A DNA stretch of 60,890 nucleotides from a virus (taxonomy: Duplodnaviria; Caudoviricetes), in the IMG/VR virus record IMGVR_UViG_3300031718_000011, positions 1 to 60,890 of that record; one strand, written 5' to 3'. A program made the position numbers and the translations under genes. This document shows, piece by piece, positions 48,144 through 58,347 of this stretch. Position 1 is the first letter of the stretch, and every line of letters begins with the position of its first letter. The notes below the pieces were generated by a model. That model did not search any database. It saw nothing but the letters and a program-made list of their open reading frames with translations, and was not told where the DNA came from.

Positions 48144-50336
48144 TCATTGCGTTGCCCCACTGCCGTTTTGAGCGGACGGAGCATCGGATGGTGTCAACGC
48201 CGCCTCATTAACCTGTGCAATCGTATTGTAGACGTGCTGATGACCAAGCACTTCCAACTCATGCTCCATTTGGGCGCGTTGCTGGGGATTGAGGAGCAAA
48301 TCCTTCAAAGCACGAATCTCTGCTTCCATGCGTTTGGTATCGGCATTGAACGATTCGATGTCCCTCAATTCGTCGCGCCCGCGGATTTTGAGATTTTGAT
48401 CGGCAAGCTTTGTCACCAACTCGGCATTCAATTTCGTAAGCTGCGCGATTTGCTGTTGCAGTGTGGAAACCTGCGGATCGGGCGCATCGCCGAACAAATA
48501 AGGCTTTGTCGCCTTGATTTCCCGCTCCAAACGTTCGCGGACTTCCTCCGCACCCTCAACATCCATATATTTGAACAGCAAGTCGCCGACGACGCCGCCC
48601 AATTCCTTGTTGTTGGCGAGAATGGTTCCGAGCATGCTCCGCGCCTCTTGCCTTTGGGTAGCAAAATCCGGTCCGGGATCGGAAATACATTCGTATTCCC
48701 CGACACTCGGATTGAAAGCGAGTTGAATGGCTTCCTCATCCGCCTGCACATGCTGCAACTTTTGAACCGCATTTACTTGATTCGGGTCGATCTTGATCCA
48801 GCGTTTTTCATTTTTCTCGTCCATGATATGGAGAGTGCGCTCCGTATCATAGATTTTTGGGATGAGATCGAGCAATTGCACGCCGATAAAGCGCAGCATG
48901 TCGCTTTGATGCTCGGGGAAATGATAGGTCGCGGTTTCGCCTTGCTGCTGGCCCTCTTGGAGCGCGCGGCCGGATTGAGGAAACTGCTGATCCTGCTGGC
49001 CCGTGGTCTGCTGCCACTGCCCTGAGATCATCATCATTTGGCGTTCGGCGTTTTGCATCGCCGTCTGATACGCAGCGTTAGGTTGCTGCGGCGGCACACG
49101 CTGCGGAGGGTCAAGTTTATTTCCCTCATCATCATACGCATTATATAACAGGACCGCCAAAGCATTGATGTTGGCAGATTTCCAACCCTCTTGCCCTTCA
49201 GTAGCCTCCGCGGACCCTATAAAAGGCGATTTCGGCTGCAGCGCATTCATTTGCACGTCGGTCGAAGCCGAAAAGTTCAACATGCGTTGCGCATCGATGA
49301 GAGGCCGCGTATGGCCCTTGATATCGAGCGTCGAGTCCACCACAAGTTCACGTCCCACGCAGCGGCAGATCGGAATATATTTTCCGGCCCAATCGCCACG
49401 ATCAATGATCGTGTCGCCCGCGATCAAAAACCATTCGACTTCATCATTGAAAACGGGCCGCGACCCACCTTCGATCACGCCATCTTTGATATCGAGCATA
49501 AGAGCGTCATAAATCTCTTTTCCGGACTCGTCGCGGATTTCCGATGCGAGCTTTTCGACGGCGTCGGCGCCGCCCGTTGGCTTATACCAGACGTATTTAT
49601 CGGGTGTTTGTTTCTTGCGGAAATACTTCGCAAGGATGATTTCCTTGTCGCTGATCCAATTTGCAAAAGCCGAATCAAGCGGAGCCGCGCCGATCTTGTC
49701 TTTGAACTTCGGATATTTCCGGTTGAATTCCTTGCGCGGCATCCGCTCGAAGATGAAACCGAAATTCGCATCCGACCCATCCGTCTGCCTGATCCACGGA
49801 TCAAGATAAACGCCGGTCGGATCGCGCGAGGCTTTGAGGTAGATATCCTGATTGCGCGTGCGATTAGATGTGTAAGCGGTTTCGATAATGCAATAGCTTA
49901 GCCCACCATCGACTTGCTGTTCCGCAATCTTTCGTCGCACCGACCCGAACCGCGAGATATCCTCTATGCGCTTGATGATGCTTTGCATCACCTTGGCGGA
50001 TTCATAAGTGGCCTTTCCGCCTGTGGGGCGGATTTTCACGCCGTAATTGTTCTTGGAGAGTTGATTGATAATCAGATCATTGTGAACGCGGGTATTGTTG
50101 ATGGTGAGACACGGCATATCGTTGCCGTCGGACGTGCGCTCCTGGTAAATCTTGGTGGGCCACTGCCAGGCATTGCGGGCGTCCGCATTGGCGAATTTGA
50201 TATCCTCCCGGATTCGCTCGTCCTGGACGCCCTGCCAGTCCTCGCAGGCGTGCCAGCGGTCAACCGCCTCTAGAACGATTCCGGGATCGCCGGGAACGGG
50301 CGGCCCATCGTCTGCGGTTGCGGCAAAATCCGTCAT
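48144..50336 (-). CDS. Portal protein (P22-like)
   Basis: 730 aa, D..F......QW, P.LTIN, G.YIPI, D.QRM.N, IPKIYD..R, G.Y......GP...TQRQEA. Confidence 0.93.
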   Translation of the reverse strand: MTDFAATADDGPPVPGDPGIVLEAVDRWHACEDWQGVQDERIREDIKFANADARNAWQWPTKIYQERTSDGNDMPCLTINNTRVHNDLIINQLSKNNYGVKIRPTGGKATYESAKVMQSIIKRIEDISRFGSVRRKIAEQQVDGGLSYCIIETAYTSNRTRNQDIYLKASRDPTGVYLDPWIRQTDGSDANFGFIFERMPRKEFNRKYPKFKDKIGAAPLDSAFANWISDKEIILAKYFRKKQTPDKYVWYKPTGGADAVEKLASEIRDESGKEIYDALMLDIKDGVIEGGSRPVFNDEVEWFLIAGDTIIDRGDWAGKYIPICRCVGRELVVDSTLDIKGHTRPLIDAQRMLNFSASTDVQMNALQPKSPFIGSAEATEGQEGWKSANINALAVLLYNAYDDEGNKLDPPQRVPPQQPNAAYQTAMQNAERQMMMISGQWQQTTGQQDQQFPQSGRALQEGQQQGETATYHFPEHQSDMLRFIGVQLLDLIPKIYDTERTLHIMDEKNEKRWIKIDPNQVNAVQKLQHVQADEEAIQLAFNPSVGEYECISDPGPDFATQRQEARSMLGTILANNKELGGVVGDLLFKYMDVEGAEEVRERLEREIKATKPYLFGDAPDPQVSTLQQQIAQLTKLNAELVTKLADQNLKIRGRDELRDIESFNADTKRMEAEIRALKDLLLNPQQRAQMEHELEVLGHQHVYNTIAQVNEAALTPSDAPSAQNGSGATQ

Positions 50337-50517
50337 CTGCGGCCCATCCAGCCGCAGCCGCGATTCGGCGATTGGTCAATCTGCGGTTTTGGCGGCTCGC
50401 CCTTGAAGGTTTTCATGGCGTCTTTGAGTTGATCGGACAGCCAACGCGATGAAGTCGGCGATGCAATAGATTCAATCGCAATCCGTGGTGCGTCCGGTTT
50501 TTTGTTTTCCTCGGCCA

Positions 50518-52173
50518 TCACCGCCGCCCCATCCATCCCGTGCCGCGCTCAGTCGGCAGATCGACGCGAGGCTGTATAGCCGGAATCTGTGCGACGCGCG
50601 AGAATTTCTTGATCCCGCTGATAATTGCTTTTTCACCCTCCGACCATGCCATCATCACGGCATCCCCCTTATCCGGACTGCGACCAAGGCGCTCGGGCTT
50701 TTTCAAATCTTCTTTCGGTTCGACCAAGATGCCGTTGGTTGTGAGTTTCCATCGCGGGGCGGTCAGATCGGCAAGCAACTGTGGATCGGGCGGCAAAGCA
50801 ATCGGCGAACCGCCATCTTGATCGGGATCGAGCGCTTCACGGAATCGCCATGCGACTTCGGCGCGCTTATTGTAGAATTCCAATTGCTTGTCCTTGGTCT
50901 TGGCTTTCGATTCGTTTGCCGCATTATAGGGATGCACCGCAATATCGTTGTCGTTCAACCGCTGCTTTGCAGCCCCACCATACCCCCCTCCCATATCCAT
51001 GACGATGACGGCATTGTTGCGCCTGGCCTCAACCACCAACGCTGCCACATGTGATCCCGTCGGCGTCAGGATGCCCGGCCGCTCGATCAATGGCGCATAC
51101 CATGGCCCATGACGCGGCGCCAAGACGGTCCTATCGGCGCCGCCCTGTGCAACATCCACGCCTATCGCAGACATCACTGCACCATCGGGAGGCTGCGGCT
51201 TCCAACGCGCCTGCGCTGCCTTGACCCAGGCGGTCGGAATCACTTGCCATTCATGATCCTCGCGACCAACAACGAAGTCGCCGTTGAGCAACTGACTCCG
51301 CAAAGGTTCGGGAAGGGCTTGAATTTGTGCGCGGTATCCCGTGTTGGCAAGATAAGGATTGTTTCGCAGGAGAGATTGAATAAAGGTGCGCGACTGCGGC
51401 TGCACGACATCGGTATTATCGTCGCCCTGGGCGATTTCCGCTTCGGTCGCATACCTCCAATTCAGTCCTTCGGTAAACACGATGGGCGCGGCATCGGGCA
51501 CCCACACTGTGGTTCCGTCCCGGTCAGGCCCGGTCACACAATAACGCAACTCGCCCTGGACTGCAGGCCGCGCAAAATTCGGATCGAGCCATGGCGCGAA
51601 CCATTCGATAAGCCATTCGCCTTCGCCTCCGGTCGGAGGGTTTGAAGCAATGATCGCGCGGCGCCGCTGCTTTGGATCGACGCTGCGAAGCCAACCCAGA
51701 ACGAACCTCACTTTTTGTTTAGCGAGTTGCGCCCCCTCATCAAACCCAATGAAATCGTGCGGGCGACCGCGCCAGCTTTCCTCCGAGCCGGGCTTTTCAA
51801 GGTGGCCCAGTTCGCACAGTTTCGAGCCGCGGCGCAGCGTTTTATAAGTACCGTTCCAACCATCGCGCCCGGCGAGCGCCAAGAGTCTTTCCTCAAGCCC
51901 GCGCAAGTCCGTGCTTTGCTTGCGAAAGATCACCGCATTTTGATGATTGTTGAGCGCGACGCCGCAAAGCAAATCCGTCTTGCCGCCGCCCGCTGCACCA
52001 CCGAACAAGATCAAATCGGCTTCGCTGTAGTACGCTTGAAGCTGCGGCTCGTTGCGGGAATCCGGATGCCAGGACAAGGCCAATTCTTTCGCCAACAATT
52101 GATCCAGGACAGCCTTATCCTCGCGCGACAACGACGCGACATAGGCTCTTGGATCAGCGATCACACTCATCAT
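50518..52173 (-). CDS. terL: Terminase large subunit
   Basis: Walker A GGAAGGGKT, Walker B IGFDE, SNPP, and nuclease GVDVA.GG.D and SPD.GDA. Confidence 0.95.
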   Translation of the reverse strand: MMSVIADPRAYVASLSREDKAVLDQLLAKELALSWHPDSRNEPQLQAYYSEADLILFGGAAGGGKTDLLCGVALNNHQNAVIFRKQSTDLRGLEERLLALAGRDGWNGTYKTLRRGSKLCELGHLEKPGSEESWRGRPHDFIGFDEGAQLAKQKVRFVLGWLRSVDPKQRRRAIIASNPPTGGEGEWLIEWFAPWLDPNFARPAVQGELRYCVTGPDRDGTTVWVPDAAPIVFTEGLNWRYATEAEIAQGDDNTDVVQPQSRTFIQSLLRNNPYLANTGYRAQIQALPEPLRSQLLNGDFVVGREDHEWQVIPTAWVKAAQARWKPQPPDGAVMSAIGVDVAQGGADRTVLAPRHGPWYAPLIERPGILTPTGSHVAALVVEARRNNAVIVMDMGGGYGGAAKQRLNDNDIAVHPYNAANESKAKTKDKQLEFYNKRAEVAWRFREALDPDQDGGSPIALPPDPQLLADLTAPRWKLTTNGILVEPKEDLKKPERLGRSPDKGDAVMMAWSEGEKAIISGIKKFSRVAQIPAIQPRVDLPTERGTGWMGRR

Positions 52174-52382
52174 GCGTCAGGCGGCTTTCCCGTGGTCAAT
52201 GCGCGGCTTCCGAGCACACCGACGAAACATCCAACGATAGTCTGAAATGCCGGACCAAGTACCGCGAATATTTTGTCGTTATCAACGCGCGCGTCGAACA
52301 AACCGATTAGCAGAATAGCTATTACTGCGAGCATAACAGCGGCCAAGGTTCCAACGACGATGTAGTAAATGTTGTCTTTCAT
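52170..52382 (-). CDS. Small two-TM membrane protein
   Basis: Two hydrophobic helices, PAFQTIVG.F.G.LG motif. Confidence 0.6.
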   Translation of the reverse strand: MKDNIYYIVVGTLAAVMLAVIAILLIGLFDARVDNDKIFAVLGPAFQTIVGCFVGVLGSRALTTGKPPDA

Positions 52383-52582
52383 TTTTCGGGGGTAATTTTC
52401 GCCTTTGCTTCCTCAAGTTGTTTCTGCAAATCCGCAATCTGCTTCTGCTGCGCCTCGATCTGCTGCGCCCATTGATTGACCACGTTGTCGATCTGAATCG
52501 CGGTTTGACTGGGCGTCGGCTGCTGCTGGGCCAACGCGGAAAATGAGACAAGACACAGCAAAATTGCGAATATGCGCATCAT
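52379..52582 (-). CDS. Signal-peptide-bearing short coiled-coil protein
   Basis: MMRIFAILLCLVSFSALA|QQQ, then heptads QQIEAQQKQIADLQKQLEEAK. Confidence 0.7.
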   Translation of the reverse strand: MMRIFAILLCLVSFSALAQQQPTPSQTAIQIDNVVNQWAQQIEAQQKQIADLQKQLEEAKAKITPEK

Positions 52583-52917
52583 TGCACAATCCAATTTGCA
52601 CCATTGCACGTGACACCGATCGACACCGCACCACCACCGACAACGGTCGCAATCGCCACGGGCGTCAGCGCGTCAGTGACCATGTACATTGCCCCTTTGG
52701 TCGTGGAGTTGCATGTGGGCAGTTGGCTTCCTCCGGCTCCGACGGTCGCGAGAGGGCGCGTCGGTGCGCCACAGGTGAGAGCACTTCCGCTGTACTGCAC
52801 GGCCTGCCCTGCAGCCGTGCAGCCCATATCGGCGTTCACGGCAGGCACGAGACCGCCAGCGAATGCGGACGAAGCAAAGAGGATGGAGGCGGCGGCAACA
52901 GCAAAAAGCTTTTTCAT
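52579..52917 (-). CDS. Signal-peptide-bearing fibre-module protein
   Basis: MKKLFAVAAASILFASSAFA|GG. LPTC....G.M..VTDA......GGG.....CNG.NW phage fibre module. 4 mature Cys. Confidence 0.7.
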   Translation of the reverse strand: MKKLFAVAAASILFASSAFAGGLVPAVNADMGCTAAGQAVQYSGSALTCGAPTRPLATVGAGGSQLPTCNSTTKGAMYMVTDALTPVAIATVVGGGAVSIGVTCNGANWIVQ

Positions 52918-52919
52918 AA

Positions 52920-54461
52920 TCAGCATCCCGACCCCACAGTGCTAGCAATGGTGACCGGCGTCGTGCTCGTGCCCGCATAAGCAATCAAATTACATGAGCC
53001 TGCCGAACCGGCAACCCATTTGAGCACGGCGTATCCAGCGCCGGGTGCGGCAGCGGCATCGGTTTCCTTGATCTGCGAGAGATCGCCGCGCTGGCCTGCG
53101 GCTGGCGTTGCCGATCCAATGGTGACTTGCTGGCCGGAGCCGCTAATCGACAGCGCAGAATTAGTTGCCGTCACCGTTCCGCCGGCAAAGAGAACAACAT
53201 TCGTGGACGACGATTCCGAGCCGAGATAAAGTCCGCCACCTGTATTCGCAAGCAATGTCGTATTCGCAACATTGACCAGCGTCGTGCCCGCACCGACCGA
53301 ATTTCTGATTTGGTAGACAGCCGTTCCCGCGCCCGTATCGTTGATCAAATTGTCCGATACGAAGGAAGTGGTAGTCAAATTTGCGATGAAATTCATCGCG
53401 GAGTTGCTACCGCTCGCCCCCGACGCTTGGAAAACCTGATTACCAATAAATGTCTGCCCAGCGTCGATGCGCGCCACAGAGATTGCGGCAGCGGGCCACG
53501 TGATCGTGTTGCTATTGACCTGGAAAGTGCCAGTGAAGTTCGCCGTGCCGTTCGCGGCCAGCGTCGTGAAAGCGCCCGCTGCGCGCGTCGTGCCACCAAT
53601 TGCCGAACCGTTGATTCCTCCGCTGCCCCACGTGCCGCTATCGGGTAGCGTGACCGTGCCAGAGAAGGTCGGACTAGCCGAAAATACAAGATTGGTCGAA
53701 GTCGTTCCGGTCGCACCCGCTGCTGAATACCCGGTGATATTGTTGAAGCAGGTGATCGAGGGCGTTGCGCAGTTCGTGCCGCCGCTGGCTATGGGCAATG
53801 TGCCCGATGAGATAGCGCCAGCTCCACCACTGATGAAAAGCGCACCGTTGCCAAACTGATTGAACGCAATCGCATTCGGCGCGCTGATGGTAAGCGCATT
53901 ATTGACCCCATTGGCAACGCCCCCCTCGAATAGCACGACGGGTGCGGCAGCGGTTTCCGTACCGATATATAGTCCGGGCCCGGTGTTTGCGATGGCTGTC
54001 GTGCTGGCCTGCCTAACCAGCGTCGTATTGTCTCGCGCCGAACCGTTGGTGAAAATAATCGTGCTATCGGTGCCGTTGTCGTTAACGACAGTAAATTGCT
54101 GGTCGCTCGTTGTAAGAGTGCTGTGGGCTATTGTGGTTTGAGCATTACCTCCCGTCGCGCCAGATGCCTGGAACAGCGACGTAGGAGCAGCAACACAAAG
54201 GCCATTCGATCCAATCGTGCACCCGTTAATCGCAACAGATGAGGGCGTGATCGCTCCCAGCGTCAACGTGATCGCAGGCGTCGTCGTGGGGTTAGCCACG
54301 CTGCCGGATATGCCATTGGCGGTAACGACAGAAACCGATGTAACGGTCCCGGAACCCCCACCACCGCCGCTGCCCGATGAATTATTGATACCGTCGGCAA
54401 TTGCCGCCGTGGCAAAAACTAATAGCGCCGCAACAAGAATGGCTTTATTGATTATCGACAT
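52920..54461 (-). CDS. Signal-peptide-bearing Gly/Ser/Thr-rich tail-fibre-like protein
   Basis: MSIINKAILVAALLVFATAAIA|DG. GSGTVTSV...ANG.SGSVAN.TTTPAITL, GTLP.A.GGT and INGS.IG.TT.AAG.FTTL fibre repeats. 6 mature Cys. Confidence 0.75.
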   Translation of the reverse strand: MSIINKAILVAALLVFATAAIADGINNSSGSGGGGGSGTVTSVSVVTANGISGSVANPTTTPAITLTLGAITPSSVAINGCTIGSNGLCVAAPTSLFQASGATGGNAQTTIAHSTLTTSDQQFTVVNDNGTDSTIIFTNGSARDNTTLVRQASTTAIANTGPGLYIGTETAAAPVVLFEGGVANGVNNALTISAPNAIAFNQFGNGALFISGGAGAISSGTLPIASGGTNCATPSITCFNNITGYSAAGATGTTSTNLVFSASPTFSGTVTLPDSGTWGSGGINGSAIGGTTRAAGAFTTLAANGTANFTGTFQVNSNTITWPAAAISVARIDAGQTFIGNQVFQASGASGSNSAMNFIANLTTTSFVSDNLINDTGAGTAVYQIRNSVGAGTTLVNVANTTLLANTGGGLYLGSESSSTNVVLFAGGTVTATNSALSISGSGQQVTIGSATPAAGQRGDLSQIKETDAAAAPGAGYAVLKWVAGSAGSCNLIAYAGTSTTPVTIASTVGSGC

Positions 54462-54822
54462 AAAGCGTATCCGAATTGCTCGCACACGTCGCTTGGAACG
54501 CATCGGATGGCACATAGGGCCAATATCGCGTGTAAGACCCGCCCGGCAACAGGATCATCGAAATTGCTTTTGTGGCTGTTCCAGAGCCAATGAACAGCCA
54601 GCAATTGTCAGATGCATTATTGTTCTCAATCGTGAGCGCCTGCCGCTGGGTCGATGTCCCCGCAATCGAAGGCAGGATTTGCTGGAAAGTATTGCCAGTC
54701 GCAATAGTCGTCGGTGTATTGACCGTCGATCGATTGAGCGGCGTTCCGGAGACCGTTGTCTGAGCCGACGCAGCAACTATTGCGCAGACAAGAAACCCGA
54801 GCGCGAAAAAAATCTGACGCAT
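54445..54822 (-). CDS. Signal-peptide-bearing small beta-sandwich virion-type protein
   Basis: MRQIFFALGFLVCAIVAASA|QT. R..L.I.N......L.PG.SY decoration-like pattern. 2 mature Cys. Confidence 0.7.
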   Translation of the reverse strand: MRQIFFALGFLVCAIVAASAQTTVSGTPLNRSTVNTPTTIATGNTFQQILPSIAGTSTQRQALTIENNNASDNCWLFIGSGTATKAISMILLPGGSYTRYWPYVPSDAFQATCASNSDTLYVDNQ

Positions 54823-55123
54823 GGTCGCAATCCTTCCCGCGCTCAATCCGTCACTTCGGCATCGGCACCGCATCGTCTTTTTCGGCCGGAGGCTTGGTGC
54901 CGCCCGGATCGGCCTTCCCTGCCGTCGCGGAGGGCTTTTGCGTGCCCTGACCCGGCTGGGTATTGAGATTCATGGACGTGCCAGAGATGCCTTTTTGCGT
55001 TCCGATATCGTTTGCCATTGTGGTCTCCTGACCATTTCGAGGGATGGTGGCGGCGCGGGCTTGGAACTAAGACCCGCGCCGCAGTCCGCCGCACATTGGG
55101 AGGAAAAGCGGCTGTTGGTTCGC

Positions 55124-56611
55124 TTATGGTTCGGCCGATGCCGAAATGACACCAGCGCCGGCATTGTCAATGAGCGTCATGCTCAAGCCAACCGCCGCGG
55201 TGGTACCGGACAGCGTACACGCCGCCATGACCTGCTGCGTCGAAGGCGCCAGTGCCACCGTGGAATCGGTTGCCAGTCCCGTGCAGTTCGACGCCGTGGT
55301 TTCCGCCGTGGTGGTGAAGCCAGCAAACCCCGCCGTATATTTGACAACCGGCGCCAACCGCATCGAGATCGGGAAAAGCACCGGACACTGCATCGTGGTA
55401 TTGGCCGTCGTGAAGTGACAAACCGATCGCGAAGGACCAAGCGCGCCTTCATTCACCACATACGAATAGTACTGCTGCAGAACCTGTTCGACAGCAGCGG
55501 GACGGCGCTCAAAGCCGGTCGGAGAGATCACGCCATTGGGCAGCAGATTCGTCACGCCCGAAGGCATCGCCTGCAACTGCGCGCCGGTAAACTCGAAATA
55601 GTCTGTCGAAACCGTCGTGGTGAGTGTCGGCGTCGCGCAGATTTGCACGCCGATCGCAGTTACGGCAGTTCCAGATGCATTGGTCGCGGGGATCGGCGCA
55701 TAGACCGAATAGCGCGTCCATGTGGTCGAGAGCGGAATGGTGGCGGCACCACTGGCCACAGTACCCGTCGTGCCGGGACTGAGACCAGCAACCGCCGCCT
55801 GATATCCGGTGATGGTGCCGAGCGCGAAGGTTGAACTATTGCCACCGGCAAATCCAATCGTCGCTTGAGTCGCCGCCGCATCTGCCGCCGTAAAATAAGC
55901 GATCGTTACCACGACTTGCGAGTTTGACGCCGAAAAAGTGGCCGGCGCAAAACCATAGAACGAGAAGATCGCATTGTTGCCGATGAGAGGCGCCGCAGCC
56001 TGCTTATCGAGCGTCTGGCCAACACAGCTTGCGCCCGAAGGCGTCCCTGACGGACGCGCGACACGCATCGACGCGTAAAGCCCGAGAGTGGGAATCGTAT
56101 CGGCAGCCCCGGTTTGTTTCGTGACCGTCATCACGTTGGAGGCCGAATAGGCCCACCAACGATCCGCCGTCATCACCGCGGCAGTCGGAGACACAGCCGC
56201 AAAGCTCGAAGCCGCGCGCTGCCAAAGATTGGTGCCAAAATCGCCGCCGATCAAACGATTGGTCTTGAGATTGATCGAGCCGGCCAGAGCGGATGGAAGC
56301 ACAGACGTTGTGCCGCTGGGCGTATCAACGGGAATCGTTTCCTCGCCGGTATAAGCCGGACCTGCAGGAACCGTTTGGGCGCAGATACCTTGCCCAGTGC
56401 CTTGGGTCGATCCCGGCACTTGGCCGAATGGGCCTTGGGTCGAAGGCAGCACGACGCCGGTAACGGTCGAAGCGCAATACGAGGCACCCCCGATCACCGG
56501 CAATGTAGACCACATGCCAGTGGCTTTGAGCGCGGTCGGAACCAATGTAATCGCAAGCACGGAAGCCGCCAGCGCGCCTGCGGCAATCAATCCCTTACGG
56601 GTCCGATTCAT
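55124..56611 (-). CDS. Signal-peptide-bearing fibre/carbohydrate-binding-like protein
   Basis: AAGGAG RBS, MNRTRKGLIAAGALAASVLAITLVPTALKA|T. NRLI.GDF...WQR...ADRW...TW.RY...FERRP...E....Q.Y phage fibre domain. 8 mature Cys. Confidence 0.75.
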   Translation of the reverse strand: MNRTRKGLIAAGALAASVLAITLVPTALKATGMWSTLPVIGGASYCASTVTGVVLPSTQGPFGQVPGSTQGTGQGICAQTVPAGPAYTGEETIPVDTPSGTTSVLPSALAGSINLKTNRLIGGDFGTNLWQRAASSFAAVSPTAAVMTADRWWAYSASNVMTVTKQTGAADTIPTLGLYASMRVARPSGTPSGASCVGQTLDKQAAAPLIGNNAIFSFYGFAPATFSASNSQVVVTIAYFTAADAAATQATIGFAGGNSSTFALGTITGYQAAVAGLSPGTTGTVASGAATIPLSTTWTRYSVYAPIPATNASGTAVTAIGVQICATPTLTTTVSTDYFEFTGAQLQAMPSGVTNLLPNGVISPTGFERRPAAVEQVLQQYYSYVVNEGALGPSRSVCHFTTANTTMQCPVLFPISMRLAPVVKYTAGFAGFTTTAETTASNCTGLATDSTVALAPSTQQVMAACTLSGTTAAVGLSMTLIDNAGAGVISASAEP

Positions 56612-57365
56612 CGGAATCTCCTTGATGAATTGCCGGGTTCTAGCCGGACGGTTGATCGCCACTTTGCAGTCGCGCAGAGGACTCAGGCTTTCGAAACCGA
56701 TCACGATGCTCAATATGCCGTTTCATCGATTCCAGCATCGGCCTTATGATTTGACGCTTAATATCATTGTCGCTCGCAATCAAGACATTTGGTGCGAGCA
56801 TTCCGTCCACGTGGGCGAATTCCCCAAGATTCTTGCCGTAGGTGATGCAAAGTAGTTGGCCTTCGCCATAATCGCCGGTGGGCAGGAAATATTCCGCGCC
56901 GTATTTGTCAGGGATCATCGCCCTGATTCGCGCTGGGACTTCGAGGATTTTGAAGCCGGCCGGCACATTCATTGTCGGCTTTTCCATTTTGCAACTCCGG
57001 CGAACGGGTGACCACGCTGAGATTGAGAATGCTTTGCCTCGAATGAGACAAGGCTTTACATGCGGTTTTGATCTAACCATTTTTGTGCTTCTGCCTCCGA
57101 ATTGAAGCAAAGCGCCCGCACCAGCCCATTGGCGCCGCGACACCAATCAAGCGGCGCCAACCATTTTTCCATACTGACAGGCTTTCCCAATATTGTGGAG
57201 ATAAGCCACACAATCGACCGGTCCTTCATTTTGACCTCTATTGTGTCAGCCAATCCAAATATTTTGCCGTTCCTGTTTGTCGTAAAGCGGAGGCAAACGC
57301 CTCAATTCTATTTTCTCCACCAGAACGGAAAAGACGATAGAAGCCTCTTACCTTCGATAACCATT

Positions 57366-58109
57366 TCATTTTTCCCTCCAAACGTCACAATGCCTATCAG
57401 CCCTCACAAGCCCCGTCACCCGATGGCACCCAGCCAATTCGCCACGCTCCTGGGACACCAACTCTGGATTCCACCCTGCACATTGATCGCAATTCTTCGG
57501 TCCAAATCCGTAATGCACACTGTATTTCGGCCGCTTACTGGCGTCAATGACGCCCATCTTCCGAAAGATGTCCAAAATCTCCTGATCGCGCTCCGACGGC
57601 TGATCCAAGAGCGGCGCACACCACAAATCCTTTGGCGGATTCTTGATCTCGCGATGATAGCACCGCACCAGACCTGGCCAGATCGTTTCCTCGTATTTCT
57701 TGATCTTGGCCGCGGCATTCTTCGGCCCGAGAATCGCTATAACGCCCCCATGTTCTTTGCGGAGCGCGCGGCGATGGCACGGTAGATAATCGTCCACGCC
57801 ATTGTCGCCATCCGCCACACATTTTTCGGAGTGTTCGTGATCAAGCCAGCGCTCGATAATCTGTTCGGGAGTGAGATCGGTGGCCTTGAATTGGTCATCC
57901 ATCACTTCCTGATAAAGAACCCGATCGATGTATTTGATCTTGCGATCCAGCGAATTGCCGCCGCCCGAGGGAATGTCGTGGTCGGTATCGACCTTATAGG
58001 ACTTTTCGAACAGGAACGGCGTGTCTTTGGCCCCCAATGCCGAATAGAGTTCGCCGATTGAGGATTCGGTTAGTTCTTCGTCGGTGAGGGCGCGGTGGCC
58101 GATAGACAT
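57366..58109 (-). CDS. Hypothetical protein with an HExxE motif and a C-terminal HiPIP-like Cys cluster
   Basis: DHEHSEK...Y..CH..A, then V.Y...P..CDQC..W...C..V.G.V....HC..W. Confidence 0.6.
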   Translation of the reverse strand: MSIGHRALTDEELTESSIGELYSALGAKDTPFLFEKSYKVDTDHDIPSGGGNSLDRKIKYIDRVLYQEVMDDQFKATDLTPEQIIERWLDHEHSEKCVADGDNGVDDYLPCHRRALRKEHGGVIAILGPKNAAAKIKKYEETIWPGLVRCYHREIKNPPKDLWCAPLLDQPSERDQEILDIFRKMGVIDASKRPKYSVHYGFGPKNCDQCAGWNPELVSQERGELAGCHRVTGLVRADRHCDVWREK

Positions 58110-58347
58110 GGCCTACATGCGAGCCCAATAAGCGCGTGAATCTGTACTTAGGTCAGCATCAGGTGGATTCCATTTGAAAAAACAGCGGCCGTTCGCATCA
58201 CGCTCAATCGCTAGCGATTCCTTCTTGTCGAAACGAATAAGCGCTTTGCCACTAGACCTGTCGCTGGCAAGTCCTTTCCAGGGTGATTATAACCTTGACA
58301 AAGCAGTTTCGATAGGTAGTATGTGGGCAGGAAAGGACACCTGTGCC

